DNA from: Lingula anatina
Taxonomy: Eukaryota > Animalia > Brachiopoda
Length of the DNA: 64,000 nt
Reading direction: 5' to 3'
Assembly (NCBI GenBank): GCA_051362555.1
Contig: CM120649.1
Span: 5,704,001 to 5,768,000 of the forward strand
Shown one piece after another: positions 29,201 through 41,961 of this stretch. Position 1 is the first letter of the stretch. The number at the start of each line of letters is the position of its first letter. The position numbers and the translations under genes are program-made. A model generated the notes under the pieces. That model did not search any database, was not told the DNA's origin, and was given only the letters and a program-made list of their open reading frames with translations.

Positions 29201-32200
29201 TCTATTATAATGTCCATATGCAAACTCATAATTTCTTCATTGTGTTGCTGATGCAGTGGTTAGAATATGTCCAGTATTAAGTTAATCTTTTACTACTTAT
29301 CAATTTCAGACCAGACTTTCCCAAGAACCTACGCTCTGCCCACTGAAAACTCCAACACAGTTTTAATACCAGAGAGCTAAGAAAATATATTGAAGAAAAC
29401 AAGACTTAATTGACACAGAGAAAATACAAGTGAACCCTCATACTGAGACCACAAACAACACAAGTGTGGTGACTAAATAAGGGCCTTTATTATTCAAAAT
29501 TGTGAAGATATTTGATAAAGTGACTTCAAGAAGATAAGGAAAACTGGAACAATGTCTTATAAAGAAAGGAAAAGAAAAGATATACGTTTTCTTCTTCAAA
29601 AATTGGAAAATGGTGAAGAAATTGATCCATCATGGAAAATAAGCCAATTGACAGAACTGGGTCTGTATTTCAGACACATAACCAGTCTATCATCAAGCAT
29701 TAGCAGGTGTAGTAATCTACAACACTTAGATTTATCATACAATTACCTAACATATCTCCCTGACTCCATCTCACAGCTAAAACATTTGAGGAAGCTTCAC
29801 CTTTGGCAAAACAACTTCACAGTATTTCCAGCTCAAATTTGTTCTTTGAGAGAATTAGAAACACTGGATATGAGCTACAATAAACTTGCTATTCTTCACC
29901 CAGATGTCAACAAGTTGGCAAATCTTAAGTCCTTCAATCTCAGTTCAAACCAGTTCACAGCTTTTCCAGCTGAAGTATGCCACATTCCTGAGCTTGAGAC
30001 ACTGAAAATGGATAGGAACAAAATCTCCAGTGTTCATCCTGATGTCATGAAAATGACCAAACTCAGAAATCTGTACCTTAGTCTAAACCAGTTCAAAGAG
30101 ATCCAAGCTGAAGTAAGCCACATTCCAGAGCTTGAGACACTGCAAATGGATGATAACAAAATTTCCAGTGTTCATCCTGATGTCATGAAAATGACCAAAC
30201 TCACATATCTGGACCTTAGTGAAAACCAGTTCACAGAGATCCCAGTTGAAGTATGCCACATTCCAGAGCTTAAGACTCTGCCAATGAGTAGGAACAACAT
30301 CTCAAGTATTCATCCTGATGTCATGAAAATGACCAAACTCACAAATCTGGACCTAAGTGAAAACCATTTCACAGAGATCCCAGTTGAAGTATGCCACATT
30401 CCAGAGCTTAAGACACTGAAAATGAATAGGAACAACATCTCCAGTGTTCATCTTGATGTCATGAAAATGACCAAACTTACAAATCTGGACCTTAGTGAAA
30501 ACCACTTCACAGAGATCCCAGTTGAAGTATGCCACATTCCAGAGCTTAAGACACTGAAAATGAATAGGAACAACATCTGCAGTGTTCATCCTGATGTCAT
30601 GAAAATGACCAAACTCACATATCTGGACCTTAGTGAAAACCACTTCACAGAGATCCCAGTTGAAGTATGCCAAATTCCAGAGCTTGAGACACTGAACATG
30701 AATATGAACAATATCTCAAGTGTTCATCCTGATGTCATGAAAATGACCAAACTCACATATCTGGACTTTAGTGAAAACCACTTCACAGAGATCCCAGTTG
30801 AAGTATGCCACATTCCAGAGCTTGAGACACTGAACATGAATATGAACAATATCTCCAGTGTTCATCCTGATGTCATGAAAATGACCAAACTCACAAAACT
30901 GTACCTTAGTGAAAACCAGTTCAAAGAGATCCCAGTTGAAGTATGCCACATTCCAGAGCTTAAGACTCTGAAAATGAATAGGAACAACATCTCCAGTGTT
31001 CATCCTGATGTCATGAAAATGACCAAACTCACAAAACTGTACCTTAGTGAAAACCAGTTTAAAGAGATCCCAGCTGAAGTATGCAAAATTCAATCACTAC
31101 TGTACCTGGACATGTCATATAACAAGATCACTCATCTTCCTCATCAGTTTTTGGATCGTAAACATTTAGAACATCTCATAATGAAAGGTAATCCCGTTGT
31201 GCCACAACCAATGAAAGGAATGAGAGGGAAAGAAGCCATACACTTTTACCTTGAAATCTTGAAGAGGTTCAAGGAATTAGAGGAGGGAAAAGAATACAAA
31301 CGAATAGATGGTAAATGACACATACTTCTTTTTCATCTACTATGCTTTAAACAGATCATAGTTTTCAAATTGTAACGGTCCTCTATTATATCCAGAATAT
31401 CACTGCTATTACATGGTATTGTGTAGATAATTTAAACTAACAGCTGACTTTTCTAACCAGTTCATCACTCATCTGATCAAGCCGTAACCAGCAGAAATCC
31501 TCATGAAGAGGATGCAAAATCTTATTTCATAAGCCCAGAAATAGACATCATATAAATTTTCCTGGGCATGATAGCTTCTATTATTTTTATAGATGGAAGC
31601 AGCAGCAGCAGAAGGGGAGGATCGAAATTGGCAAGTTCATTGGACAGAAGGTAAATTATGGGCGGCCAAAAGGGCAAAAATCCATGACATGGATTCAGTC
31701 AATCATGCTTTTGAAACTGAAATGACGGAAAAGGCAGTGAATCAATGAAACATGACTGAATCGACGTCTTGGATTTTTGCCCTTTTGGCTGCCCATAGTA
31801 AATTATTTGCAAGTAACAATGTAACTATATCCATCATCAACTAAAGCTTCAAGACCATGATATGGTTGTTTAAATACTCACACAGGAAAACTCAAACTAG
31901 TGGATAATTTTAACATAATTTTTAACACTGTGTTCTTGACAAAAATTTTTGCTTCTTAAATGGATTAGGGTTCATTTCTTTTTCAGTTCAAAATTTATGG
32001 AACCATCCAGGCAATGGGAGGGGTTGCCTCAAAGGTAACTAATTTATATGTAATGTTCAAAGTGTTAAGGCAGATACTGCAAAAATTTAAGGTGAATTAT
32101 TTAATATTTAAGTTCTGTCATGTTGTAGAACATTAGAGCCTCCAGTAGAACCTCAACGATAACTGATTTATCTTTAACATACAAAATGCTAAGGTTGATG

Positions 32201-32291
32201 CTAATTCTCAGACCAATATTCAAGGAACCACCATGGGAACAGGAGTTTTCAACTTCAGGGTAACTGATCTGCATATAATATACAAACTGTA

Positions 32292-32360
<69 letters not shown>

Positions 32361-35300
32361 AACTGCCAAGTTAAGGCCTTATTCAAATAAAATGTCATTA
32401 CTAACAGTTAGTTTTCAGTTCAAAATTGATAAAATCATTTGTAGGCAATATACAAAATCTAAAGAGTAAGGCTCGTGCATCAAGTGTCAATAACTTGCTT
32501 AGTACGTAAATATTTTTTCTCATACAACTATTTGAAATAAATTTCATTCCTGTTTTCAGATTATCTGGACTGAAACTAGACATGACATCTGAACGGTAAA
32601 TAATTTACATGTAAGGTAAAAAAATTACAGGAATATCCTAAACGTGCCAAGTTTAAATATGTAAAAGACCATAACATTGATGGCTCAAACTTACAGATAT
32701 TTTCTAACGTCACTCTCTTAATAAATTAGTATATACGCATCAAAATTGCTTCTGAGTATTTATTTAAAAGAAACAGCATTCTCATTTTTAGACCTGCAGG
32801 GCCCAGCAAGCCACATACACCACTTGCAAGTGCTTCATCTACAACAATACAACAAAGGGAAGAGCTGCTAATGCCCAAAGGTACATGTGGTCTTCAGTGT
32901 CTTCTAAATATTTCACAGAATATGTTAACTCAATGAAACAAATTTGTTTACAATTTTGATCACATTTTTATGCAAAACACTATAGAAAAATACATTATAT
33001 TACAATATTGGTCTGAGGTCATTTAAACAAACTATTTACATCTATTTTATTTATGATTCATTTTTCATAGCTGAAGACATCACAGAGAATGAATTTTTAG
33101 ATATGATTACAAAAGAGCTTGTTCCCCGTGATGAAAGGAAGAAAATGGGAGCTATCATCCAAAGAAATTTTGATGAATTACAAAAGAATTTCCCCAACAT
33201 TTCATATATATCTATTTCAAGAGAAAAAAGTGTAGAGAAAAAACCCTGTATTGCAATATACTGCAGCGACATGAAAAATACATCACAAATTCCAAAAGAA
33301 CTTGAGGGGTATCCAGTTGAAGTCAGGGAAGGGACATTTTCTCTTCTTGCTGACAATAAAGGAAACAGAGATAATGATCATAGTCAGTTATATATTGGAT
33401 GCTCTGTAAGTTCAACTAGTTGCAAGGGTAGCCTTGGGGTATTTGCTAATCAGCAAAGTGATCATGCACCAACCAAGCCACAGGCATTTGTTACATGTTC
33501 CCATGTAGTATGTCCTGGTAATGAAAATTCTGAAGCAGCAATTGGCACCCCTGTCTTTGTTGAAAACAACCAAAATTTGAAAAAATGTGGGGTTGTTAGT
33601 AAAAGTTACACTGGTAATTTTGATTATGCCAGTGGAGATGGTGAGGTGATTCCATGTGGTGTAGATATTGCACTAGTTCAGCTGCATAAAAATGCTCAAG
33701 GCAACCTGTTTCCAATACAATCACAGGAAACACAATTCAGTGACTTGGGTACTAAAGATATATGTGATCTACCTGACCCTGTCTATGTGTACAAATATGG
33801 GCAAACCACTGGGTTGACAAAGGGGTGTGCCGTTTCATGGGTTGATTTTGGTAAGGACTCAAAAATCAAAGACAAGACATTTCAAAATATGATATCTGTT
33901 TTAAGCAATCCTATTGCAAACGATAAGGCATTTTGTCGACCAGGGGACTCTGGGTCTGCTGTGTTTGCATTAGAAAATGGAAAAATACATATAATTGGAA
34001 TATTAGTTGGTGCACTCGATGCGCCATCAGATACAGTGCAGTGCAGCACTGTTTCCAGAATCCATCCTTCACTACAAAAAATAAATGCTTGCATTTACAA
34101 GCCACCGCGGATGGAAGAAGCAATGCAGATGGAAGAAGCGCCGCAGAAGGAAAAAGAAGAAGAAATGGAAACTGGCTAATCTACATGATGAACTAAAATC
34201 AGCTAAAACAAAGCTGAGAATACAAATGATGTTCATTGTGTCCATCCGCCTCTACTGACTTTTATGATCAGATATTGGGGAGAGTAGAAGACTTGGATAC
34301 TGACACTGTATTCTGCTAGCCCTAATAAGACTTGCAGATGACTTGTAAATATGATGTAGATCATGAATAATGAAAGCAACATGTCTGGATGTCGTGAATA
34401 TTAATTTGATTTAAATTTCTATGGATCTGAAATAAAATATTATTCAGAATACATATATAATATTGATATTTTCAGGCATCCACACAGGCATTGTAGTATC
34501 ATATACAATCGTTTATTCAAATACTGATATGCCTGCCTGTCTTTTGGGTAAGCTTATTTTATCTCAATGCTTTCTAAATATTGTATAGGTATAGATAAAT
34601 TTTCTTTTGCATAGTATAGTGTAAATAATTTTTTTTTGTTTTTCATTATTATTTTTATCTTTTTTTTAGTAATGGGCAACCTGTGTACTTAATGATAGCC
34701 ATTAATTGGAAATAGCATAGAACTTCACTTGGCAGAATAATCCCACAGTTAACACTTTTAATGTAATATAGAAATGACAAGAAATTTTGTAGCTTTTCAC
34801 ATATAGTAGTATGAAGTCATAAACTCTTTTAAAATATGCATGGCTGTATTTTGTAACAAGAAAGATAGATTTCACTGGTTACGTCAACAATGTAAGCCCA
34901 ATGCATGCACTTCAATCATGATTCAGCAAATACCGAGTGTCAAGATATCTTATCAGGTGTCCTTAAATTATGACATCAAAATTGTTACCTACTCTCCATC
35001 TTGTCCAATGTAATCAAATCAAAAAGTGAAATAAACCATTTTCAAGCTTTTTAATTGTTTAAAATAAGGAACCTGGGCTTTGTTATTATTAATGTTATTT
35101 TTGTTACCATTTATGACCCATTCACTGAAAAAGAAGAACCACCCTTAAGTCTGGATCGAGATTAAGCGACCTCTCTGTTTAACAATCAATAGCCCCAACA
35201 TGCATCACGAGGTACTGGTAATACCAAAGTCCAATGTGATACCAATTGCGCAATCTTTATTTTTACAATATTCTCGTGAAGTGTGCTGCATAAAATATGA

Positions 35301-38300
35301 TCACGTAATATTGTAACACTGATTTTGCTGCTGAATCATTTCAGAAAACCAAAGACAGGTAGGAAACTTTCAATTTTATAACTAGTCAGACTCTATATTC
35401 TATAGCTCTTAAACCAGGGTCTTCCAGAAAATGGTCAGATTTTCAAGTTCATATCGACGGGTATCTAATTTTTTCTGTCGGAAGGTGGTCAATTATGGAG
35501 GATGGATCAACAATGATAATTTGGAAGACTCTCAGAAAATATCTCTGGATCGCTCCTGTAAACAGTATTTTGAATAAATTTTTTTTTTTTTCAAAACACT
35601 CACAATTTTATTATTCAACATTTACACACGAAAGAAATGGTCATTCTTCATAACAGCTGCAATGAATAAATGCAGACATAATTTATCCATGGATATATTT
35701 AGTAGAATTACAGTCTTATCTACAACTGTTACAGTATAAATTCACCATGTTTTGCATGTGTATGTCACTTCTCTCATTTGACCTTGAAGTTAGGTTAAGA
35801 GAAAAGTGGTTTGTCAATTGAAAAGTGATCGTATGGATCCCTCTCAATTTCCATGCAATCTTAGAGATTTAGAACTTGTATATAAAACTTTAACTACACA
35901 TGGCATTTACCTAAACAAAACAATCAACTAACCTCTACCAGGGCGACATCAATTTTCCACAGATATTCATAGATATGTCTCTAGATAAATAGACAGTCAT
36001 TTTGGTCTGATATCAGGCCAAAATGGCTGTGGAAAATCGATGTCGCCCTGGTAGAGGGTAACAATCAACTATGTTATACATGTACATAATCATATTATCT
36101 TTATGAATGTTGCTGACGCAGTAATTACAATATCTTTAGTACTATAGTAATCTTCTTCTTACAATTAATTACAGACCAGACTTTCCCAGGAGCCTATGCT
36201 CTGCCCCCCTAAAAACTACATCAATAGTTTTTATACAAGAGAGCTAAGAAAATAAAATGGTGGAACAAGACTCAACACAGAGAAGATGCCTTCAGTGAAG
36301 TCACTGGAACAATGCCTTCATAATTCAAATTTGTGAAAATATATGATAAAGAACCATAACTTCATGAAGATATAGAAAACTGGAACAATGGCTTATAAAG
36401 AAAAGGAAAGAAATCTTGAACTTCTTATTTTTCAAAAATTGGAAAAAGGTGAAAAAATTGATCCATCATGGAAAATGGGCAAATTGACAAAACTGTGGCT
36501 GCAATCGAGACAGATGACCAGTCTACCATCAAGCATTAGTAGCTTCGGTAATTTACAGCTTTTATATTTATCACAGAATTGCCTTACACATCTCCCTGAC
36601 TCCATCTCACAGCTAAAACATTCGAGGAAGCTTTACCTTTGGCAAAACAACTTCACAGTATTTCCAGCTCAAATTTGTTCTTTGAGAGAATTAGAATCAC
36701 TGGATATGAGCTACAATAAACTTGCTATTCTTCACCCAGATGTCATCAAGTTGACAAATCTTAAGTCCTTGTACCTCAGTTCAAACCAGTTCAAAGATTT
36801 TCCAGCTGAAGTATGCCGCATTCCTGAGCTTGAGACACTGAAAATGAATAAAAACAAAATCTCCCGTGTTCACCCTGATGTCAAGAAAATGACCAAACTT
36901 ACAAATCTGAACCTTAGTGAAAACCACTTCACAGAAATCCCAGTTGAAGTATGCAACATTCCAGAGCTTGAGATACTAGAAATGAATAAAAACAAAATCT
37001 CCAGTGTTCATCCTAATGTCATGAAAATGACCAAACTCACATATCTGGACCTTAGTGAAAACCACTTCACAGAAATCCCAGTTGAAGTATGCCACATTCC
37101 AAAGCTTGAGACACTAGAAATGAATAAAAACAAAATCTCCAGTGTTCATCCTGATGTCATGAAAATGACCAAACTCACATATCTGGACCTTAGTGAAAAC
37201 CACTTCAAAGAGATCCCAGCTGAAGTATACAAAATTCAATCACTATGGTTCCTGGACATTTCATATAACAAGATCACTCATCTTCCTCATCAGCTTTTGG
37301 ATTGTAAACATTTAGAACATCTCAGAGTGCAAGGTAATCCTCTTGTGCCATCACCAATGAAGGATCTGAGAGGGAAAGAAGCCATAGACCACTACTTTGA
37401 AACCTTGAAGGAACTGGAGGAGGGAAAACAATACAAACGAATAGATGGTAAATGACACATATTTCTTTTTTATCTACTACGCTTTAAACAGATCATAGTT
37501 TTCAAACTGTAATGGTCCTCTATTATATCTAGAATATCATTGCTATTACTTGGTATTGTGTAGATAATTTAAACTAACAGCTGCCTTTTCTAACCAGTTC
37601 ATCACTCATCTGATCAAGCCGTAACCAGCAGAAATCCTCATGAAGAGGATGCAAAATCTTATTTCATAAGCCCAGAAATAGACATCATATAAATTTTCCT
37701 GGGCATGATAGCTTCTATTATTTTTATAGATGGAAGCAGCAGCAGCAGAAGGGGAGGATCGAAATTGGCAAGTTCATTGGACAGAAGGTAAATTATGGGC
37801 AGCCGAAGGGCAAAAATCCATGACATTGATTCAGTCAATCATGCTTTTGAAACTGAAATGACGGAAAAGGCAGTGAATCAATGAAACATGACTGAATCGA
37901 CGTCTTGGATTTTTGCCCTTTTGGCTGCCCATAGTAAATTATTTGCAAGTAACAATGTAACTATATCCATCATCAACTAAAGCTTCAAGACCATGACATG
38001 GTTGTTTAAATACTCACACAGGAAAACTCAAACTAGTGGATAATTTTAACATAATTTTTAACACTGTGTTCTTGACAAAAATTTTTGCTTCTTAAATGGA
38101 TTAGGGTTCATTTCTTTTTCAGTTCAAAATTTATGGAACCATCCAGGCAATGGGAGGGGTTGCCTCAAAGGTAACTAATTTATATGTAATGTACAAAGTG
38201 TTATGGCAGATACTGCAAGAGTTTTAATTAATTTAAATTTAATTTAAATGTGAATTATTTAATATTTAAGTTTTGATATGTTGTAGAACATTAGAGCCTC

Positions 38301-41300
38301 CAGTAGAACCTCAACAATAACTGATCTTTAATATACAAAATGCTTAAGTTGATGCTAATTCTCAGACCAATATTTAAGGAAGCACTATGGGAACAGTAGT
38401 TTTCAACTTTAGGGTAACTGATCTGCATATAATACACAAAATGTTAAAGTTGATGCTGATGCAAAGTGTAATTGGATGAGGGTTCATTCCTTTTTTTTTT
38501 TCAGACCAAAATTTATGGAACCATCCCAGGAAATGGAGGGGTTGACTCAACGGTAATTTATTTTATATTTATCAATTTATATGTAATATACAAAATGTTA
38601 AGGTTGACACTACAAAAAAAATTAATCAATTGTTTAATTTTAAATATTTGACATGTTGTAGAACATTAGAGCCTCCAGTAGAACCTCAATGGTAACTGAT
38701 TTATATTTAATAAACAAAATGCTAAAGATGATGCTAATTCTCAGACCAATGTGTAAGGAACCACCATGGGAACAGGAGTTTTCAACTTCAGGGTAACTGA
38801 TCTGCATATCATACACAAAATGTTAAAGTTGATGCTGTTGCAAAGTGTAATTGGATGAGGGTTCATTCCTTATTTTTTTCAGACCAAAATTTATGGAACC
38901 ACCCCAGGAATGGGAGGGGTTGCCTCAACGGTAACTAATTTTTATGTAATATACAAAATATTAAGATTGATGCTGCAAAAATGTTTAATGAGTTGTTTAA
39001 TTTTAAAGATTTGACATGTTATAGTACATCTACAACCTCCAGTAGAACCTCAATGGTAACTGAATTATATTTAATATACAAAATGCTAAGGATGATGCTA
39101 ATTATCAGACATATATTTAAGGAACCACCATGGGAACAGGAGTTTTCAACTTCAGGGTAACTGATCTGCATATTATACACAAAATGTTAAAGTTGATGCT
39201 GATGCAAAGTGTAATTGGATGAGGGTTCATTCCTTTTTTTTTTCAGACCAAAATTTATGGAACCACCCCAGGAATGGGAGGGGTTGCCTCAACGGTAACT
39301 AATTTTTATGTAATATACAAAATATTAAGATTGATGTTGCAAAAATGTTTAATGAATTGTTTAATTTTAAAGATTTGACATGTTGTAGTACATCTAGAAC
39401 CTCAAGTAGAACCTCAATGGTAACTGATTTATATTCAATATACAAAATGCTAAGGATGATGCTAATTCTCAGACCAATATTTAAGGAACCATCATGGGTC
39501 AATAGTTTTCAACTTCAGGGTAACTGATCTGAATATAATACACAAAATCTTAAGGCTGATGCTGACACTAAGTTTTTCAAATATTTTGTTGAACTTTTAA
39601 GATATTTTAACAACTGTCTTTTTTAATATATACTTTAACAGATATATCACAACTGCCCATAAGGCCTTATTCAAATAAAATTCCATTACTAATGGTAGAT
39701 TTTAGATCAAAATTAATAAAATTATTTGCAGGCAATATCCAAAATCTAAAGAGTTAGGCTCATGTATCAAGTGTCAATAACTTGCTTAGTACATAAATAT
39801 TTTTTCTCATACAACTATTTGAAAAAAAAACTTCATTCCTGTTTTCAGATTATCTGGACTGAAACTAGACATGACATCTGAACGGTAAATAATTTACATG
39901 TAAAGTAATAAAATTACAGGAATATCCTAAATGTGCCAAGTTTAAATATGTAAAGGACCAAAACAGTGATGGCTCAAACTTAGTTGTTTTTTTTTTTCAT
40001 GTCACTTCCTTTATAAACTATTATACATATATTAAAATTGCTTCTGAGTATTTATTTAAAAGAAATGGTATTCTATTTTCAGACCTGCAGGGCCCAGCAA
40101 GCCACATGCACCATTTGCAAGTGCTTTATCTACAACAACACAACGTAGGGAAGAGCTGCTAATGCCCAAAGGTACATGTGGTTTTCAGTGTCTTCTAAAT
40201 ATTTCACAGAACATGTCAACTCAATGAAACAAATTTGTTTACAATTTTGATCACATTTTTATGCAAAACACTGTAGAAAAATGCATAATATTACAATCTT
40301 GGTCTGAGGCCATTTAAACAAAGTATTTACATCTATTTTATTTATGATTCATTTTTCACAGCTGAAGACATCACAGAGAAAGAATTTTTAGATATGATAA
40401 CAAAAGAGCTTGTGCCCCGTGATGAAAGGAAGAAAATGGGAGCTATCATCCAAAGGAATTGTGATGAATTACAAAAGAATTTCCCCAAAATTTCATATAT
40501 ATCTATTTCAAGAGAAAAAGGTGTAGTGAAAAAACCCTGTATTGCAATATACTGCAGCGACATGGAATATGCATCAAAAATTCCAAAAGAACTTGAGGGG
40601 TATCCAGTTGAAGTCAGGGAAGGGACATTTTCTCTTCTTGCTGACAATGAAGGAAACAGAGATAATGATCATAGTCAGTTATATATTGGATGCTCTGTAA
40701 GTTCAACTAGTTGCAAGGGTAGCCTTGGGGTATTTGCTAATCAGCACAGTGGTGATTATGCCCTGACCAAGCCACAGGCATTTGTTACATGTTCCCATGT
40801 AGTTTGTCCTGGTAATGAAATTGGCAAAACTGTCTTTGTTGAAAACAACCAAAATTTGAAAAAATGTGGGGTTGTTAGCAAAAATTACATTGGTAATGTT
40901 GATTATACCAGTGGGGATGGTGAGGTGATTTCATGTGGTGTAGATATTGCTCTTGTTCAATTGCATAAAAATGCTCAAGGCAATCTGTTTCCATTTCAAT
41001 CACAAGAAACACAATTCAGTGACGTGGATACTAAAGATATATGGGATCTCCCTGACCTTATCACTTTGTACAAATATGGGCAAACCACTGGGTTGACAAA
41101 GGGGTATGCCAAACCACAGTTTGAATATGCCAAGGACATAACATTCAAAGACAAGACATTAAAAAATATGATAGCTGTTTTAAGCAATCCTATTCTAGAT
41201 GATAAGACATTTTGTAAACCTGGGGACTCTGGGTCTGCCGTGTTTACATGGGAAAATGGCAAAATCCATATAATTGGAATATTAGTTGGTGCACTCGATG

Positions 41301-41882
41301 CCCCATCGGATCCAGTACACTGCAGCATTGTTTCCAGAATCCATCCTTCACTACAAAAGATAAATGCTTGCATTTACAAGCCACCGCGGATGGAAGAAGC
41401 ATCACAGAGGGAAGAAGAAATGGAAACTGACAAATCTACATGATGAATTAAAATCAGCTAAAACAAAGCTGAGAATACAAATGATGTTCATTGTGTCCAT
41501 CTGCCTCTGTTGACTTTTATGATCAGATATTGGAGAGAGTAGAAAACTTGGATACTGACACTGCATTCTGCTAGCCCTAATAAGACTTGCAGATGACTTG
41601 TAAATATGATGTAGATCATGAATAATGAAAGCAACATGTCCGGATGTCTTGAATATTAATTTGATTAAAATTTTTATGGATCTAAAATAAAATATTATTC
41701 AGAATACATATGTAATATTGCCATTTCCAGGCATCCATATAGGCATTGTAGTATCATATACCATTGTTCATTCGAATTCAAATACTGATATGCCTGCCTG
41801 TCTTTTGGGTAAGCTTATTTTACCTTAGTGCTAAATACTGTATTAAAGAAAAAAATTTTCTTTTGTATAGTATTGTACAGTA

Positions 41883-41961
<79 letters not shown>

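Noticed and set aside
30353-31093. Repetitive minus-strand ORFs over the LRR exons (also 54758-55768)
   Set aside because: Antisense shadows of the 138-bp repeat, broken by stops.
33103-34179. Protease ORFs as independent single-exon genes
   Set aside because: Each is preceded by a conserved in-frame acceptor, and copy 3 has no ATG at the equivalent position; a spliced fusion fits better.
35021-35370. IRF-like AAAAGTGAAA and NF-kB-like sites upstream of gene 2
   Set aside because: Short motifs that are common in this AT-rich sequence and its repeats; the transcription start is unknown.
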